Origin: Mobula hypostoma
Lineage: Eukaryota
Direction of reading: 5' to 3'
NCBI RefSeq assembly: GCF_963921235.1
Contig: NC_086108.1
Location: 992,001 to 1,056,000 of the forward strand
DNA: 64,000 bases
This document shows positions 27,057 to 39,600 of this stretch, piece after piece (within the stretch, counting starts at the first letter, position 1; every line of letters begins with the position of its first letter). The notes beneath the pieces were generated by a model that saw nothing but the letters and a program-made list of their open reading frames with translations, searched no databases and was not told the DNA's origin. The translations under genes were made by a program, and so were the position numbers.

Positions 27057-28985
27057 AGTGTAGTGGTTAGCGCAATGCTTTACATTGCCAGCTGCAAGAT
27101 CGGTTTTCAGTTCCTGCCACTGCATGTAATGAGATTGTACGTTCTCCCCGTGACTGCCTGTAGTGAGATTGTACGTTCTCCCCGTGACTGCCTGTAGTGA
27201 GACTGTACGTTCTCCCCGTGACTGCCTGTAGTGAGACTGTACGTTCTCCCCGTGACTGCCTGTAGTGAGATTGTACGTTCTCCCCGTTACTGCCTGTAGT
27301 GAGATTGTACGTTCTCCCCGTGACTGACTGTAGTGAGACTGTACGTTCTCCCCGTGACTGCCTGTAGTGAGACTGTACGTTCTCCCCGTGACTGACTGTA
27401 ATGAGACTGTACGTTCTCCCCGTGACTGCCGGTAATGAGACTGTACGTTCTCCCCGTGACTGCCTGTATTGAGACTGTACGTTCTCCCCGTGACTGACTG
27501 TAATGAGATTGTACGTTCTCCCCGTGACTGACTGTAGTGAGACTGTACGTTCTCCCCGTGACTGCCTGTAGTGAGACTGTATGTTCTCCCCGTGACTGAC
27601 TGTAGTGAGACTGTACGTTCTCCCCGTGACTGACTGTAGTGAGATTGTACATTCTCCCCGTGACTGACTGTAGTGAGATTGTACGTTCTCCCCGTGACTG
27701 ACTGTAATGAGACTGTACGTTCTCCCCGTGACTGCCTGTAGTGAGACTGTACGTTCTCCCCATGACTGACTGTAGTGAGATTGTACGTTCTCCCCGTGAC
27801 TGACTGTAATGAGATTGTACGTTCTCCCCATGACTGACTGTAATGAGACTGTACGTTCTCCCTGTGACTGACTGTAATGAGATTGTACGTTCTCCCCGTG
27901 ACTGCCTGTAGTGAGACTGTACGTTCTCCCCGTGACTGACTGTAGTGAGACTGTATGTTCTCCCCGTGACTGCCTGTAGTGAGACTGTACGTTCTCCCCG
28001 TGACTGACTGTAATGAGACTGTACGTTCTCCCCGTGACTACCGGTAATGAGACTGTATGTTCTCCCCGTGACTGCCTGTAATGAGACTGTACGTTCTCCC
28101 CGTGACTGCCGGTAATGAGACTGTACGTTCTCCCCGTGACTGCCTGTATTGAGACTGTACGTTCTCCCCGTGACTGACTGTAATGAGATTGTACGTTCTC
28201 CCCGTGACTGACTGTAGTGAGACTGTACGTTCTCCCCGTGACTGCCTGTAGTGAGACTGTACGTTCTCCCCGTGACTGACTGTAGTGAGGCTGTACGTTC
28301 TCCCCGTGACTGACTGTAGTGAGATTGTACGTTCTCCCCGTGACTGACTGTACTGAGATTGTACGTTCTCCCCGTGACTGACTGTAATGAGACTGTACGT
28401 TCTCCCCGTGACTGCCTGTAGTGAGACTGTACGTTCTCCCCGTGACTGACTGTAGTGAGATTGTACGTTCTCCCTGTGACTGACTGTAATGAGATTGTAC
28501 GTTCTCCCCATGACTGACTGTAATGAGACTGTACGTTCTCCCCGTGACTGCCGGTAATGAGACTGTACGTTCTCCCCGTGACTGCCTGTATTGAGACTGT
28601 ATGTTCTCCCCGTGACTGACTGTAGTGAGACTGTACGTTCTCCCCGTGACTGACTGTAGTGAGACTGTACGTTCTCCCCGTGACTGACTGTAATGAGATT
28701 GTACGTTCTCCCCATGACTGACTGTAATGAGACTGTACGTTCTCCCCGTGACTGCCTGTAATGAGATTTTATGTTCTCCCCATGACTGCACGTGTTTCCT
28801 CTAGATGTTCCGGTTTCCTCCCACATTCCCAAGATATATGGGTTAGGATTAGTAACTTGTAAGCATGCTTTGTTGGTGCCAGAAATGTGGTGACACTTGC
28901 AGCTCCCTAGTACAATCCTCGCTGATTTGATTGACAGAAACAATGCATTTCACTATGTGTTTCAATTTTTGTTTGACAAATAATA
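27057..28985 (+). mobile_element. V-domain SINE split by an internal tandem expansion
   Basis: tRNA-like head gtgtagtggttag... before the array; V-domain continuation (gtttcctctagatgttccggtttcctcccaca) and (aat)n tail after it. Confidence 0.8.
27118..28790. repeat. 34-bp tandem array, ~49 units
   Basis: Unit gagactgtacgttctccccgtgactg(a/c)ctgta(g/a)t; the 34-aa period of ORF 27067-28791 equals three 34-bp units. Confidence 0.97.
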
Positions 28986-29410
28986 ATAATAATCATTCAT
29001 TATTTACCATTTCTCCTTCCTACATACTCACTTACAGCCAGTTAGGGCAGCAGTGAAGGTCCTCCATCTGTGTCTCAGATGTAGAAGGATTCTTCATTGC
29101 TGTTTCTGTAACAGTTTTGTTTGACCAGTCGGGGTTGTTAGCCCTGAGTTAAACCCCTGAACTTGGAGGACTGGTGGACCACTCTTAGTCTGGCCTCTGC
29201 CCTTTGACCCATTTGGCTTGAGTGACCCCACCCAGAGTCAAGGCATGAAGTCCTGACTCCAGCCAACATAGCTCTCCAGTTCATTGAGGCACACTAGTGT
29301 CTATACCATGACAAGGCTGTGGTCATCTCAGAGGTTCCCCCATAACATGAGCAAATTTATTTGAATTTATCAGTCTCTTCCATGTTCCAACTTGACAATT
29401 TGTCTTTAGC

Positions 29411-31300
29411 AACAGATACAAAATGCTGGAGGAACTCAGCAGGCCAGGCAGCACCTATGGAAGAGAATACAGTCGACGTTTTGGGCCAAAACCCTTCAAC
29501 GGGACTGGAGAAAAAAAGATGAGGAATAGATTGAAAAGGTGAGGGAAGGGGAGGGAGAACACAAGATGACAGGTGAAACCTGGAGGGAGAGGGGTGAAGT
29601 AAAGAGCTGGGAAGTTGATTGGTGAAAGAGATATGGGGCTGGAGAAGGGGGAAGCTAATAGAAGAGGACAGAAGGCCATAGAAGAAAGAAAGGGCTGGAA
29701 GGAGCGCCAGAGGGGAGCGATGGGCAGGCAAAGAGATAGGGTGAGAGAGGGAAAAAGGGATGGGAAATGGTGAAGGGGGCCACTACCAGAAGTTAGAGAA
29801 GTCAATGTTCATGCCATCAGGCTGGAGGCTACCCAGACGGAATATAAGGTGCTGTTCCTTCAACCTCAGTATGGTTCCACTGCGATAGCAGAGGAGGCCG
29901 TGGATAGACATATCAGAATGGGAATGGGAAGTGGAATTAAAATAGGTGTGCACTGGGAGATCCCGCTTCTTCTGCTGGGTGGAGCATAGGTGCTCAGCAA
30001 AGCGGTCTCCCAACCTGTGTCAGATCTCACCGGTATACCCGAGGCCACACCGGGAGCACCGGACACAGTATTTCACCCCAGTGGACTCAGAAATGAAGTG
30101 TCGCTTCATCTGGAAGGACTGTTTGGGGCCCTGAATGGTAGTGAGGGAGGAGGTGTAACACTTGTTCCGCTTGCAAGGATAAGTAGGAGATCAGTGGGGA
30201 GAGACAAGTAAACAAGGGAGTCACGTAGGGAGCGATCCCTGCGGAAAGCAGAAAGTGGGGAGGGGAGGGGAAGATGTGCTTCGTGGTGGGATCCTGTTGG
30301 AGATGGTAGAAGTTATGGAGAATCATGTGCCGGATGTGGAGGCTGTTGGGGTGATAGGTGAGGACAAGATGAACCCTATCCATAGTAGGGTGTTGGGAGG
30401 ATGGGGTGAGGGCAGACGTGTGTGAAATGGAAGAGATGTGGTTAAGGGCAGCATTTGTGGTGGAGGAAGGGAAGCCTGTTTCTTCGAAAAAGGAGGATAT
30501 CTCCTTCATTCTGGAATGAAAGAACTCATCCTGAGAGCTAATGCAGTGGAGATAGAGGAATTAAGAGAAGGGGATGGGATCTTTGCAAGTAACGGGGTGG
30601 GAAGGGGTACAGTCCAGGTAGTTGCGAGAGTCTGTGGTTTGTAATAGACATCAGTAGATAAGCTGTCTCCAGAGATAGGGACAGAGAGAGCAAGAAAGGA
30701 GAGGGAGGTGTCGGAAATGGACCAGGTAAATTTGAGGACAGGGTAGAAGTTGGAGGCAAAGTTGATGAAGTTGACGAGTTCTACATGGGGGCAGAAAGCA
30801 GCACCAATGCAGACGTTGATGTAGCATAGGAAAAATGGGGGATGGACACCAGTGTGGGCCTGGAACATAGACTGATCCATGTAGCCAACAAAAAGGCAGG
30901 CATAGCTGAGCACCATATGAGTGCCCATGGCTACACCTTTTGTTTGAAGGAAGTGGGAGGAGCCAAAGGAAAAATTATTGAGAGTGACTACAAGTTCCAC
31001 TGACGGAGGAGAGTGGTGGTGGAGGGGAACTGGTTGGGTCTGGTGTCCAGAAAGAAAGGAAGAGCTTTGAGGCCTCCCTGGTGGGAAATGGAGGTGTACT
31101 GGGACTGGACATCCATAGTGAAAATAAGGTGATGGGGGCCAGAGAACATGAAATCATTGACAAGGTCCAGAGCGTGTGAAGTGTATATAGGTAGGAAGGG
31201 ACTGAACTAGGCGGGATAAAACTGAGTTGAAGTATCCAGATACAAGTACAGCGGGGCAAAAAAAGCTGAGACAATGGGTCTACCTGGACAAGCAGGTTTG
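29411..31300 (-). mobile_element. Penelope-like element remnant (RT plus GIY-YIG endonuclease, pseudogenised)
   Basis: LNNFSFGSSHFLQTKGVAMGT and SYACLFVGY (PLE RT); GDRFAEHL...EQHLIFRLGSLQPDGMNIDFSNF (GIY-YIG C-terminus); degenerate hammerhead at ~29470-29507. Confidence 0.9.
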
Positions 31301-32040
31301 TGAATTGTCCACCTACATCGAGCCCCTCAGTCTGGGGGAACTTGTCCTCACTCTTAATGTTCCATCTTAAACATTGACAAACTGTCTTAAGCAACCTCTT
31401 CCATGTTGTAACTAGACAACTTCTCTTTAACAGTCTTTTCCACGTTCCATCTTGTCTTTAGCAGTTTCTTATATGTTGTTACTTGACAACATGTCTTCAG
31501 CAGTCTCTTCCATTTTCCATCTTGACAACATGTCTTCAGCAGTCTCTTCCATTTTCCATCTTGACAGCTTGTCTTTAGCAGACTCATCCATGATCCAGCC
31601 TGACAACTTATCTTTCGTAGTCTCTTCATGACCCATTATAACATCTTTTCTTTAGCAGTATTCCATGTTGTTACTTAAGAATTTGTATTCATCAGTCTCT
31701 TCCATGTTCCATCCTGACAACTTGTCTTTAATTCTCCTCCATGTCCGATCTTGGCAACCTATCTTTATCAGTCTTCTTTATGTTCCATCTTGTCTTGTTG
31801 TCTTCAGTAGACTCTTCTATGTTCCATCTTCAAAACTTGTCTTCAGTAGTCTCTTCCATTTTCCATCCTGGTAATTTGTCTTTAAGAGTCACATCCATGT
31901 CCCAACTTGTCAACCTGTCTTCAGCAGTCTTTTTATGTTCCATCTTGACATCTTGTCCTCAGCAGTCTCTACCGTGTTTATCTTAACAACTTGTGTTTAA
32001 CAGTCTCTTTTATGTTCCATCTTGTCAACCTAGCTTTACC

Positions 32041-35000
32041 AAGCAGACAGGAGATTTTGTGGACGTGAGAAGGACACCCACATGGTTTGTTGCCTCCCGG
32101 GTGCCAGGGTCTGGGATGTCTCTGACCGGGTGCACGACATCCTGGTACGAGAGGGAAAGCAACCAGAAGTCGTGATACATGTTGGGACCAACGACATAGG
32201 CAGGAAGAGGGATGAGGTCCTGAAGTGTGAGTTTCGGGAATTAGGCAGAAGGCTGAAGAACAGGACCTCAAGGGTGACGTTCTCAGGATTGCTGCCAGTG
32301 CTACGTGACAGAGATGGTAAGAATTGGAGGAGATGGCAGTTGAATGCGTGGCTGAGGAGTTGGTGCAGGGAGCAGGGTTTTAGATTTTTAGATCATTGGG
32401 ATCTCTTCTGGGGAAGGTGGGACCTGTACAGATTGGATGGGTTGCACCTGAACTCGAGGGGGAGCAATATCCTTGCAGGTAGGTTTGCTAGCATGGTTCG
32501 GGAGGGTTTAAACTAATTTGCGAGGGGGATGGGACCCAGAGCGATAGAGCAGTGAAAGAAGTGCATGAAGTAAAGCCAGATCTAACATACAGAGAGGCTT
32601 TGAGGAAAGAGAAGCAGAATAAACAGTGTAAAGACAGTAACGTAGAAGGACTGAAATGTGTGTACCTCAATGCAAGAAGCATCAGGAACAAAGGTGATGA
32701 ACTGAGAGCTTGGATACAGACATGGAATTATGATGTAGTGGCCATTACAGAGACTTGGCTGGCACCAGGGCAGGAATGGATTCTCAATATTCCTGGATTT
32801 CAGTGCTTTAAGAGGGATAGAGAGGGCAGAAAAAGGGGAGGAGGGGTGGCATTACTGGTCAGGGATACTATTACAGCTACAGAAAGGGTGGGTAATGTAG
32901 CAGGATCCTCTTTTGAGTCAATATGGGTGGAAGTCAGGAACAGGAAGGGAGCAGTTACTCTACTGGGGGTATTCTATAGGCCCCCTGGTAGCAGCAGAGA
33001 TACAGAGGAGCAGATTGGGAGGCAGATTTTGGAAAGGTGCAAAAATAACAGGGTTGTTATCATGGGTGACTTTAACTTCCCTAATATTGATTGGCACCTG
33101 ATTAGTTCCAAGGGTTTAGATGGGACAGAGTTTGTTAAGTGTGTCCAGGACGGATTCCTGTCACAGTATGTGGCCAGGCCGACCAGGGGGAATGCCATAC
33201 TAGCTCTAGTACTAGGTAATGAACCGGGTCAGGTCACAGATCTCTCAGTGGGTGAGCATCTGAGGGACAGTGACCACCGCTCTCTGACCTTTAGCATTAT
33301 CATGGAAAAGGATAGAATCAGAGAGGACAGGAAAATTTTTAATTGGGGAAAGGCAAATTATGAGGCTATAAGGCTAGAACTTGCGGGTGTGAATTGGGAT
33401 GATGTTTTTGCAGGGAAATGTACTATGGACATGTGGTCGATGTTTAGAGATCTCTTGCAGGATGTAAGGGATAAATTTGTCCCGGTGAGGAAGATAAAGA
33501 ACGGTAGGGTGAAGGAACCATGGGTGACAAGTGAAGTGGAGAATCTAGTCAGGTGGAAGAAGGCAGCATACATGAGGTTTAGGAAGCAAGGATCAGATGG
33601 GTCTATTGAGGAATATAGGGAAGCAAGAAAGAAGCTTAAGAAGGGGCTGAGAAGAACAAGAAGGGGGCATGAGAAGGCCTTGGCGAGTAGGGTAAAGGAA
33701 AACCCCAAGGCATTCTTCAATTATGTGAAGAAAAAAAGGATGACAGGAGTGAAGGTAGGACCGATCAGAGATAAAGGTGGGAAGATGTGCCTGGAGGCTG
33801 TGGAAGTGAGCGAGGTCCTCAATGAATACTTCTCTTTGGTATTCACCAATGAGAGGGAACTTGATGATGGTGAGGACAATATGAGTGAGGTTGATGTTCT
33901 GGAGCATGTTGATATTAAGGGAGAGGAGGTGTTGGAGTTGTTAAAATACATTAGGACAGATAAGTCCCCGGGGCCTGACGGAATATTCCCCAGGCTGCTC
34001 CACGAGGCGAGGGAAGAGATTGCTGAGCCTCTGACTAGGATCTTTATGTCCTCGTTGTCCACGGGAATGGTACCGGAGGATTGGAGGGAGGCGAATGTTG
34101 TTCCCTTGTTCAAAAAAGGTAGTAGGGATAGTCCGGGTAATTATAGACCAGTGAGCCTTACGTCTGTGGTGGGAAAGCTGTTGGAAAAGATTCTTAGAGA
34201 TAGGATCTATAGGCATTTAGAGAATCATGGTCTGATCAGGGACAGTCAGCATGGCTTTGTGAAGGGCAGATCGTGTCTAACAAGCCTGATAGAGTTCTTT
34301 GAGGAGGTGACCAGGCATATAGATGAGGGTAGTGCAGTGGATGTGATCTATATGGATTTTAGTAAGGCATTTGACAAGGTTCCACACGGTAGGCTTATTC
34401 AGAAAGTTAGAAGGCATGGGATCCAGGGAAGTTTGGCCAGGTGGATTCAGAACTGGTTTGCCTGCAGAAGGCAGAGGGTGGTGGTGGAGGGAGTACATTC
34501 AGATTGGAGGGTTGTGACTAGTGGTGTCCCACAAGGATCTGTTCTGGGACCTCTACTTTTCGTGAGTTTTATTAACGACCTGGATGTGGGGGTAGAAGGG
34601 TGGGTTGGCAAGTTTGCAGACGACACAAAGGTTGGTGGTGTTGTAGATAGTGTAGAGGATTGTCAAAGATTGCAGAGAGACATTGACAGGATGCAGAAAT
34701 GGGCTGAGAAGTGGCAGATGAAGTTCAACCCGGAGAAGTGTGAGGTGGTACACTTTGGAAGGACAAACTCCAAGGCAGAGTACAAAGTAAATGGCAGGAT
34801 ACTTGGTAGTGTGGAGGAGCAGAGGGATCTCGGGGTACATGTCCACAGATCCCTGAAAGTTGCCTCACAGGTGGGTAAGGTAGTTAAGAAAGCTTATGGG
34901 GTGTTAGTTTTCATAAGTCGAGGGATAGAGTTTAAGAGTCGCGATGTAATGATGCAGCTCTATAAAACTCTGGTTAGGCCACACTTGGAGTACTGAGTCC

Positions 35001-35508
35001 AGTTCTGGTCGCCTCACTATAGGAAGGACGTGGAAGCATTGGAAAGGGTACAGAGGAGATTTACCAGGATGCTGCCTGGTTTAGAAAGTATGCATTATGA
35101 TCAGAGATTAAGGGAGCTAGGGCTTTACTCTTTGGAGAGAAGGAGGATGAGAGGAGACATGATCGAGGTATACATACAAGATATTAAGAGGAATAGATAG
35201 AGTGGATAGCCAGCGCCTCTTCCCCAGGGCACCACTGCTCAATACAAGAGGACATGGCTTTAAGGTAAGGGGTGGGAAGTTCAAGGGGGATATTAGAGGA
35301 AGGTTTTTTACTCAGAGAGTGGTTGGTGTGTGGAATGCACTGCCTGAGTCAGTGGTGGAGGCAGATACACTAGTGAAGTTTAAGAGACTACTAGACAGGT
35401 ATATGGAGGAATTTAAGGTGGGGGGTTATATGGGAGGCAGGGTTTGAGGGTCGGCACAACATTGTGGGCTGAAGGGCCTGTACTGTGCTGTACTATTCTA
35501 TGTTCTAT
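32041..35508 (+). mobile_element. Young CR1 LINE, 5'-truncated within ORF1
   Basis: ORF1 esterase half (VIHVGTND, DGLHLN; 32082-32516), ORF2 APE plus RT, 3' tail (ttctatg)n. Confidence 0.95.
32552..35447 (+). pseudogene. CR1 ORF2 (endonuclease-reverse transcriptase) with two lesions
   Basis: 814 aa open (YLNARSI, ITETW, GDFN, SDH, DFSKAFDKV, GVPQGS, FADD); TGA replaces Cys at 34994-34996 (EY*VQFWSP); 4-bp taca duplication at ~35171 frameshifts the C-terminus. Confidence 0.92.
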
Positions 35509-36638
35509 GTTTAAACACTTTTATGTTCAATCTTAACATGTTTTCTTTATCTGTCTCTTCCATCTTGTAGTTTGACAACATGTCTTTAGTAATCTCTTCC
35601 ATGTTCCAACTTGACATCTTGTCTTCAGTAATCTCTTTCATGTTGTAGTTTGACAGCTTGTCAATAGCTGGCTCTTTCATGTTGTAATTTGACAACTTGT
35701 CTTTAACAATCTATTCAATGTCCCATTTGGTCAACCTGTCTGTAGCAGTCTCTTTTATTTTCCATCGTAATATCTCGCTTTTAGCAGTCTCTACCATGTC
35801 CCATCTTGACAACTTGTTTTTAGCAGACTCATCGATGTTCCAGACTGACATCTTGTCTTTCATAGTCTCTTCCATGTCCCATCTTGACAACATCTTTTTC
35901 GCAGTCCCTCCCATATTAACACTTCAGAACTTGTCCACAGCAGTCTCTTCCATGTTCTATCTCGACAGCTTGTCTTTAGCAGTTTCTTCCATATTGTCGT
36001 TTGACAACTTGTCTTTAGCTGTCCCTAACATGTTCGAACTTGACATCTTGTCTTTAGCATCTTTTCCATGTCCCACCTTGACAACTTGTTTTTAGCAGAC
36101 TCATCGATGTTCCAGACTGACATCTTGTCTTTCATAGTCTCTTCCATGTCCCATCTTGACAACTTCACTTTAGCTGTCTCTTTTATGTTCCACCTTGACA
36201 TTTTGTCTTTAGCTGTCTCTTCCATGTTCCAACTTGACAAATGTCTTTAGCAGTGTCTTTCACATTGTAGCTTGAAAACTTGTCTTTAACTATCTATTCC
36301 ATGTCCCATCTGGTCAAGCTGCCTTTAGCAGGCTCTACCATATCCCATCTTGACAACTTGTTTTTAGCAGAGTCTTCCATTTCCATATGACAGCTTGTCT
36401 TTAGCAGACTTATTGATGTTCCTGACTGACATCTTGTCCTTCTAGTCTCTTCTCTGTCCCATCTCAACAACTTCTCTTTAAGAGTCTCATCCATGTTATA
36501 ACTTGACGCCTTGTCTACAGCAGTCTCTTTCATGTTCCATCTTGACGCCTTGTCTTTGGCCGTCTCTTCCATCTTCCAGCCTGATAAATTGTCTTTTGCA
36601 GTTTCTTGCATGTTGTAGTTTGGCAACTTGTCTTTCAC

Positions 36639-39600
36639 AGAAACATAGAAAACCAACAGCACAATACAGGCCCTTTGGCCCACAATGCCGTGCCAAACAT
36701 GCGCTTATTTTAGAAATTACCTAGGGTTACCCATAGCCCTCTACTTTTTAAGCTCCATGTACCTATCCAAGAGTCTCTTAAAAGACCTCATCGTATCCGC
36801 CTCCACCACTGTTGCCGGCAGCCCATTCCACGCACTCACCACTTTCTGCATAAAAAACTTGCCTCTGTACCTACTTCCAAGCACCTTAAAACCGTGCTCT
36901 CTCATGATAGCCATTTCAGCCCTAGGAAAATGCCTCTGACTATCCACACGATCAATGTCTCTCATCATCTTATACACCTCAATCGGGTCACTTCTCATCC
37001 TTTGTCGCTCCAAGGAGAAAAGGCCAAGTTCACTCAACCTATTCTCATAAGGCATGCTCCCCAATCCAGGCAACATCCTTGTAAATATCCTCTGCACACT
37101 TTCTATAGGTTCCACATCCTTCCTGTAGTGAGGTGACCAGAACAGAGCACAGTACTCCAAGTGGGGTCTGACCAGGGCCGTATAAAGCTGTAACATTATC
37201 TCTTGGCTCTTAAACTCAATCCCATGGTTGATGAAGGCCAATGCACTGTATGCCTTCTTAACCACAGAGTCAACCTGTGCAACAGCTTTAAGTGTTTTAT
37301 GGACTCGGATCCCAAGATCCCTCTGATCCTCCACACTGCCAAGGGTCTTACCATTAATACCATATTCTGCCATCATATTTGACCTACAAAATGAACCACC
37401 TCACACTTATCTGGGTTGAACTCTATCTGCCAATTCTCAGCCCAGTTTTGCATCCTATCAATGTCCCGCTGTAACCTCTGACGGCCCTCCACACCATCCA
37501 CAACATGCCCAACCTTTGTGTCATCAGCAAATTTACTAACCCATCCCTCCAATTCCTCATCCAGGTCATTTATAAAAATTACTAACAGTAGGGATCCCAG
37601 AACAGATCCTTGAGGCACATCACTGGTCACCAACCTCCATGCAGAATATGACCCATCTACAACCACTCTTTGCCTTCTGTGAGCAAGCCAACACTGGATC
37701 CACAAAGCAATGTCCCCTTGGATCCCATGCCTCCTTACTTTCTCAATAAGCCCTGCATAGGGTACCTTATCAAATGCCTTGCTGAAATCCATATACACTA
37801 CATCTACTGCTTTACCTTCATCAATGTGTTTAGTCACATCCTCAAAAAATTCAATCAGGCTCATAAGGCACGACCAGCCTTTGACAAAGCCATGCTGACT
37901 ATTCCTAGTCAGATTATGCCTCTCCAAATGTTCATAAATCCTGCCTCTCAGGATCTTCTCCATCAACTTACCAACCACTGAAGTAAGACTCACTGGGCTA
38001 TAATTTCCGGGGCTATCTCTACTTCCTTTCTTGAATAAGGGAACAACATCCGCTACTCTCCAATCCTCCGGAGCCTCTCCTGTCCTCATTGATGATGCAA
38101 AGATCATCGCCAGAGGCTCAGCAATCTCCTCCCTCGCTTCCCACAGTAGCCTGGGGTACATCCTGTCTGGTCCCGGTGACTTATTCAACTTGATGCTTTC
38201 CTAAAGCTCCAGCACATCCTCTTCCTTAATATCTACATGCTCAAGCTTTTCAGTCTGCTGTAAGTCATCCCCACAGTCTCCAAGGTCCTTTTCCATAGTG
38301 AATACTGAAGCAAAGTATTCATTAAGTACCTCTGCTATCTCCTCTGGTTCCATACACACATTTCCACTGTCACACTCGATTGGTCCTATTCCCTCATGTC
38401 TTATCCTCTTGCTCTTCACATACTTGTAGAATGCCTTGGTGTTTTGCTTAATCCTGTTCGCCAAGGCCTTCTCATGGCCTCTTCTGGCTCTCCTAATTTT
38501 ATTTTTAAGCTCCTTCCTGCTAGCCTGATAATTTTCTATATCTCTATCATTACCTAGTTTTTTGAACCTTCTGTAAGCTTTTCTTTTCTTCTTGACTAGA
38601 TTTTCAACAGCCCTTGTACCATGGTTCCTGTACACTACCATCCTTTCCTTGTCTCATTGGAACGTACCTATGCTGAATGTCACGTAAATACTCCCTAAAC
38701 ATTTGCCACATTTCTGCCGTACATTTCTCTGAGAACATCTGTTCCCAGTTTATACTTCCAAGTTCCTGCCTGATACCTTCATATTTCCCCTTACTCCAAG
38801 TAAATGCTTGATCACTATCTCCAAAATGCTCTCCCACTGAGAGATCTAACACCAGACCAGGTTCATTTCCCAATACCAAATCAAGTACAGCCTCTCCTCT
38901 TGTAGGCTTATCTACATATTACATAGAAACATAGAAAATAGGTGCAGGAGTAGGCCATTCGGCCCTTCGAGCCTGCACCGCCATTTATTATGATCATGGC
39001 TGATCATCCAACTCAGATCCCAGCCTTCCCTCCATACCCCCTGACCCCTGTAGCCACAAGGGCCATATCTAACTCCCTCTTAAACATAGCCAATGAACTG
39101 GCCTCAACAGTTTGCTGTGGCAGAGAATTCCACAGATTCACCACTCTCTGTGTGAAGAAGTTTTTCCTAATCTCGGTCCTAAAAGGCTTCCCCTCTATCC
39201 TCAAACTGTGACCCCTCGTTCTGGACTTCCCCAACATCGGGAACAATCTTCCCGCATCTAGCCTGTCCAATCCCTTTAGGATCTTATACGTTTCAATCAG
39301 ATCCCCCCTCAATCTTCTAAATTCCAACGAGTACAAGCCCAGTTCATCCAGTCTTTCTTCATATGAAAGACCTGCCATCCCAGGAATCAATCTGGTGAAC
39401 CTTCTTTGTACTCCCTCTATGGCAAGGATGTCTTTCCTCAGATTAGGGGACCAAAACTGCACACAATACTCCAGGTGTGGTCTCACCAAGGCCTTGTACA
39501 ACTGCAGTAGTACCTCCCTGCTCCTGTACTCGAATCCTCTCGCTATAAATGCCAGCATACCGTTCGCATTTTTCACCGCCTGCTGTACCTGCATGCCCAC

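Noticed and set aside
27067..28943. 574-, 301- and 158-aa repetitive ORFs
   Set aside because: Translations of a 34-bp SINE-derived array cycling through all three frames
32552..34996. 814-aa ORF as an intact host or retroviral gene
   Set aside because: It is CR1 ORF2 ended by a premature TGA; the element is 5'-truncated and has no LTRs
35498..36683. Similarity of LSSWN / LSRWD to bacterial DUF285-type repeats, or of LDNLSL to leucine-rich repeats
   Set aside because: The period is 13 aa rather than ~24-25, and other conserved positions are missing
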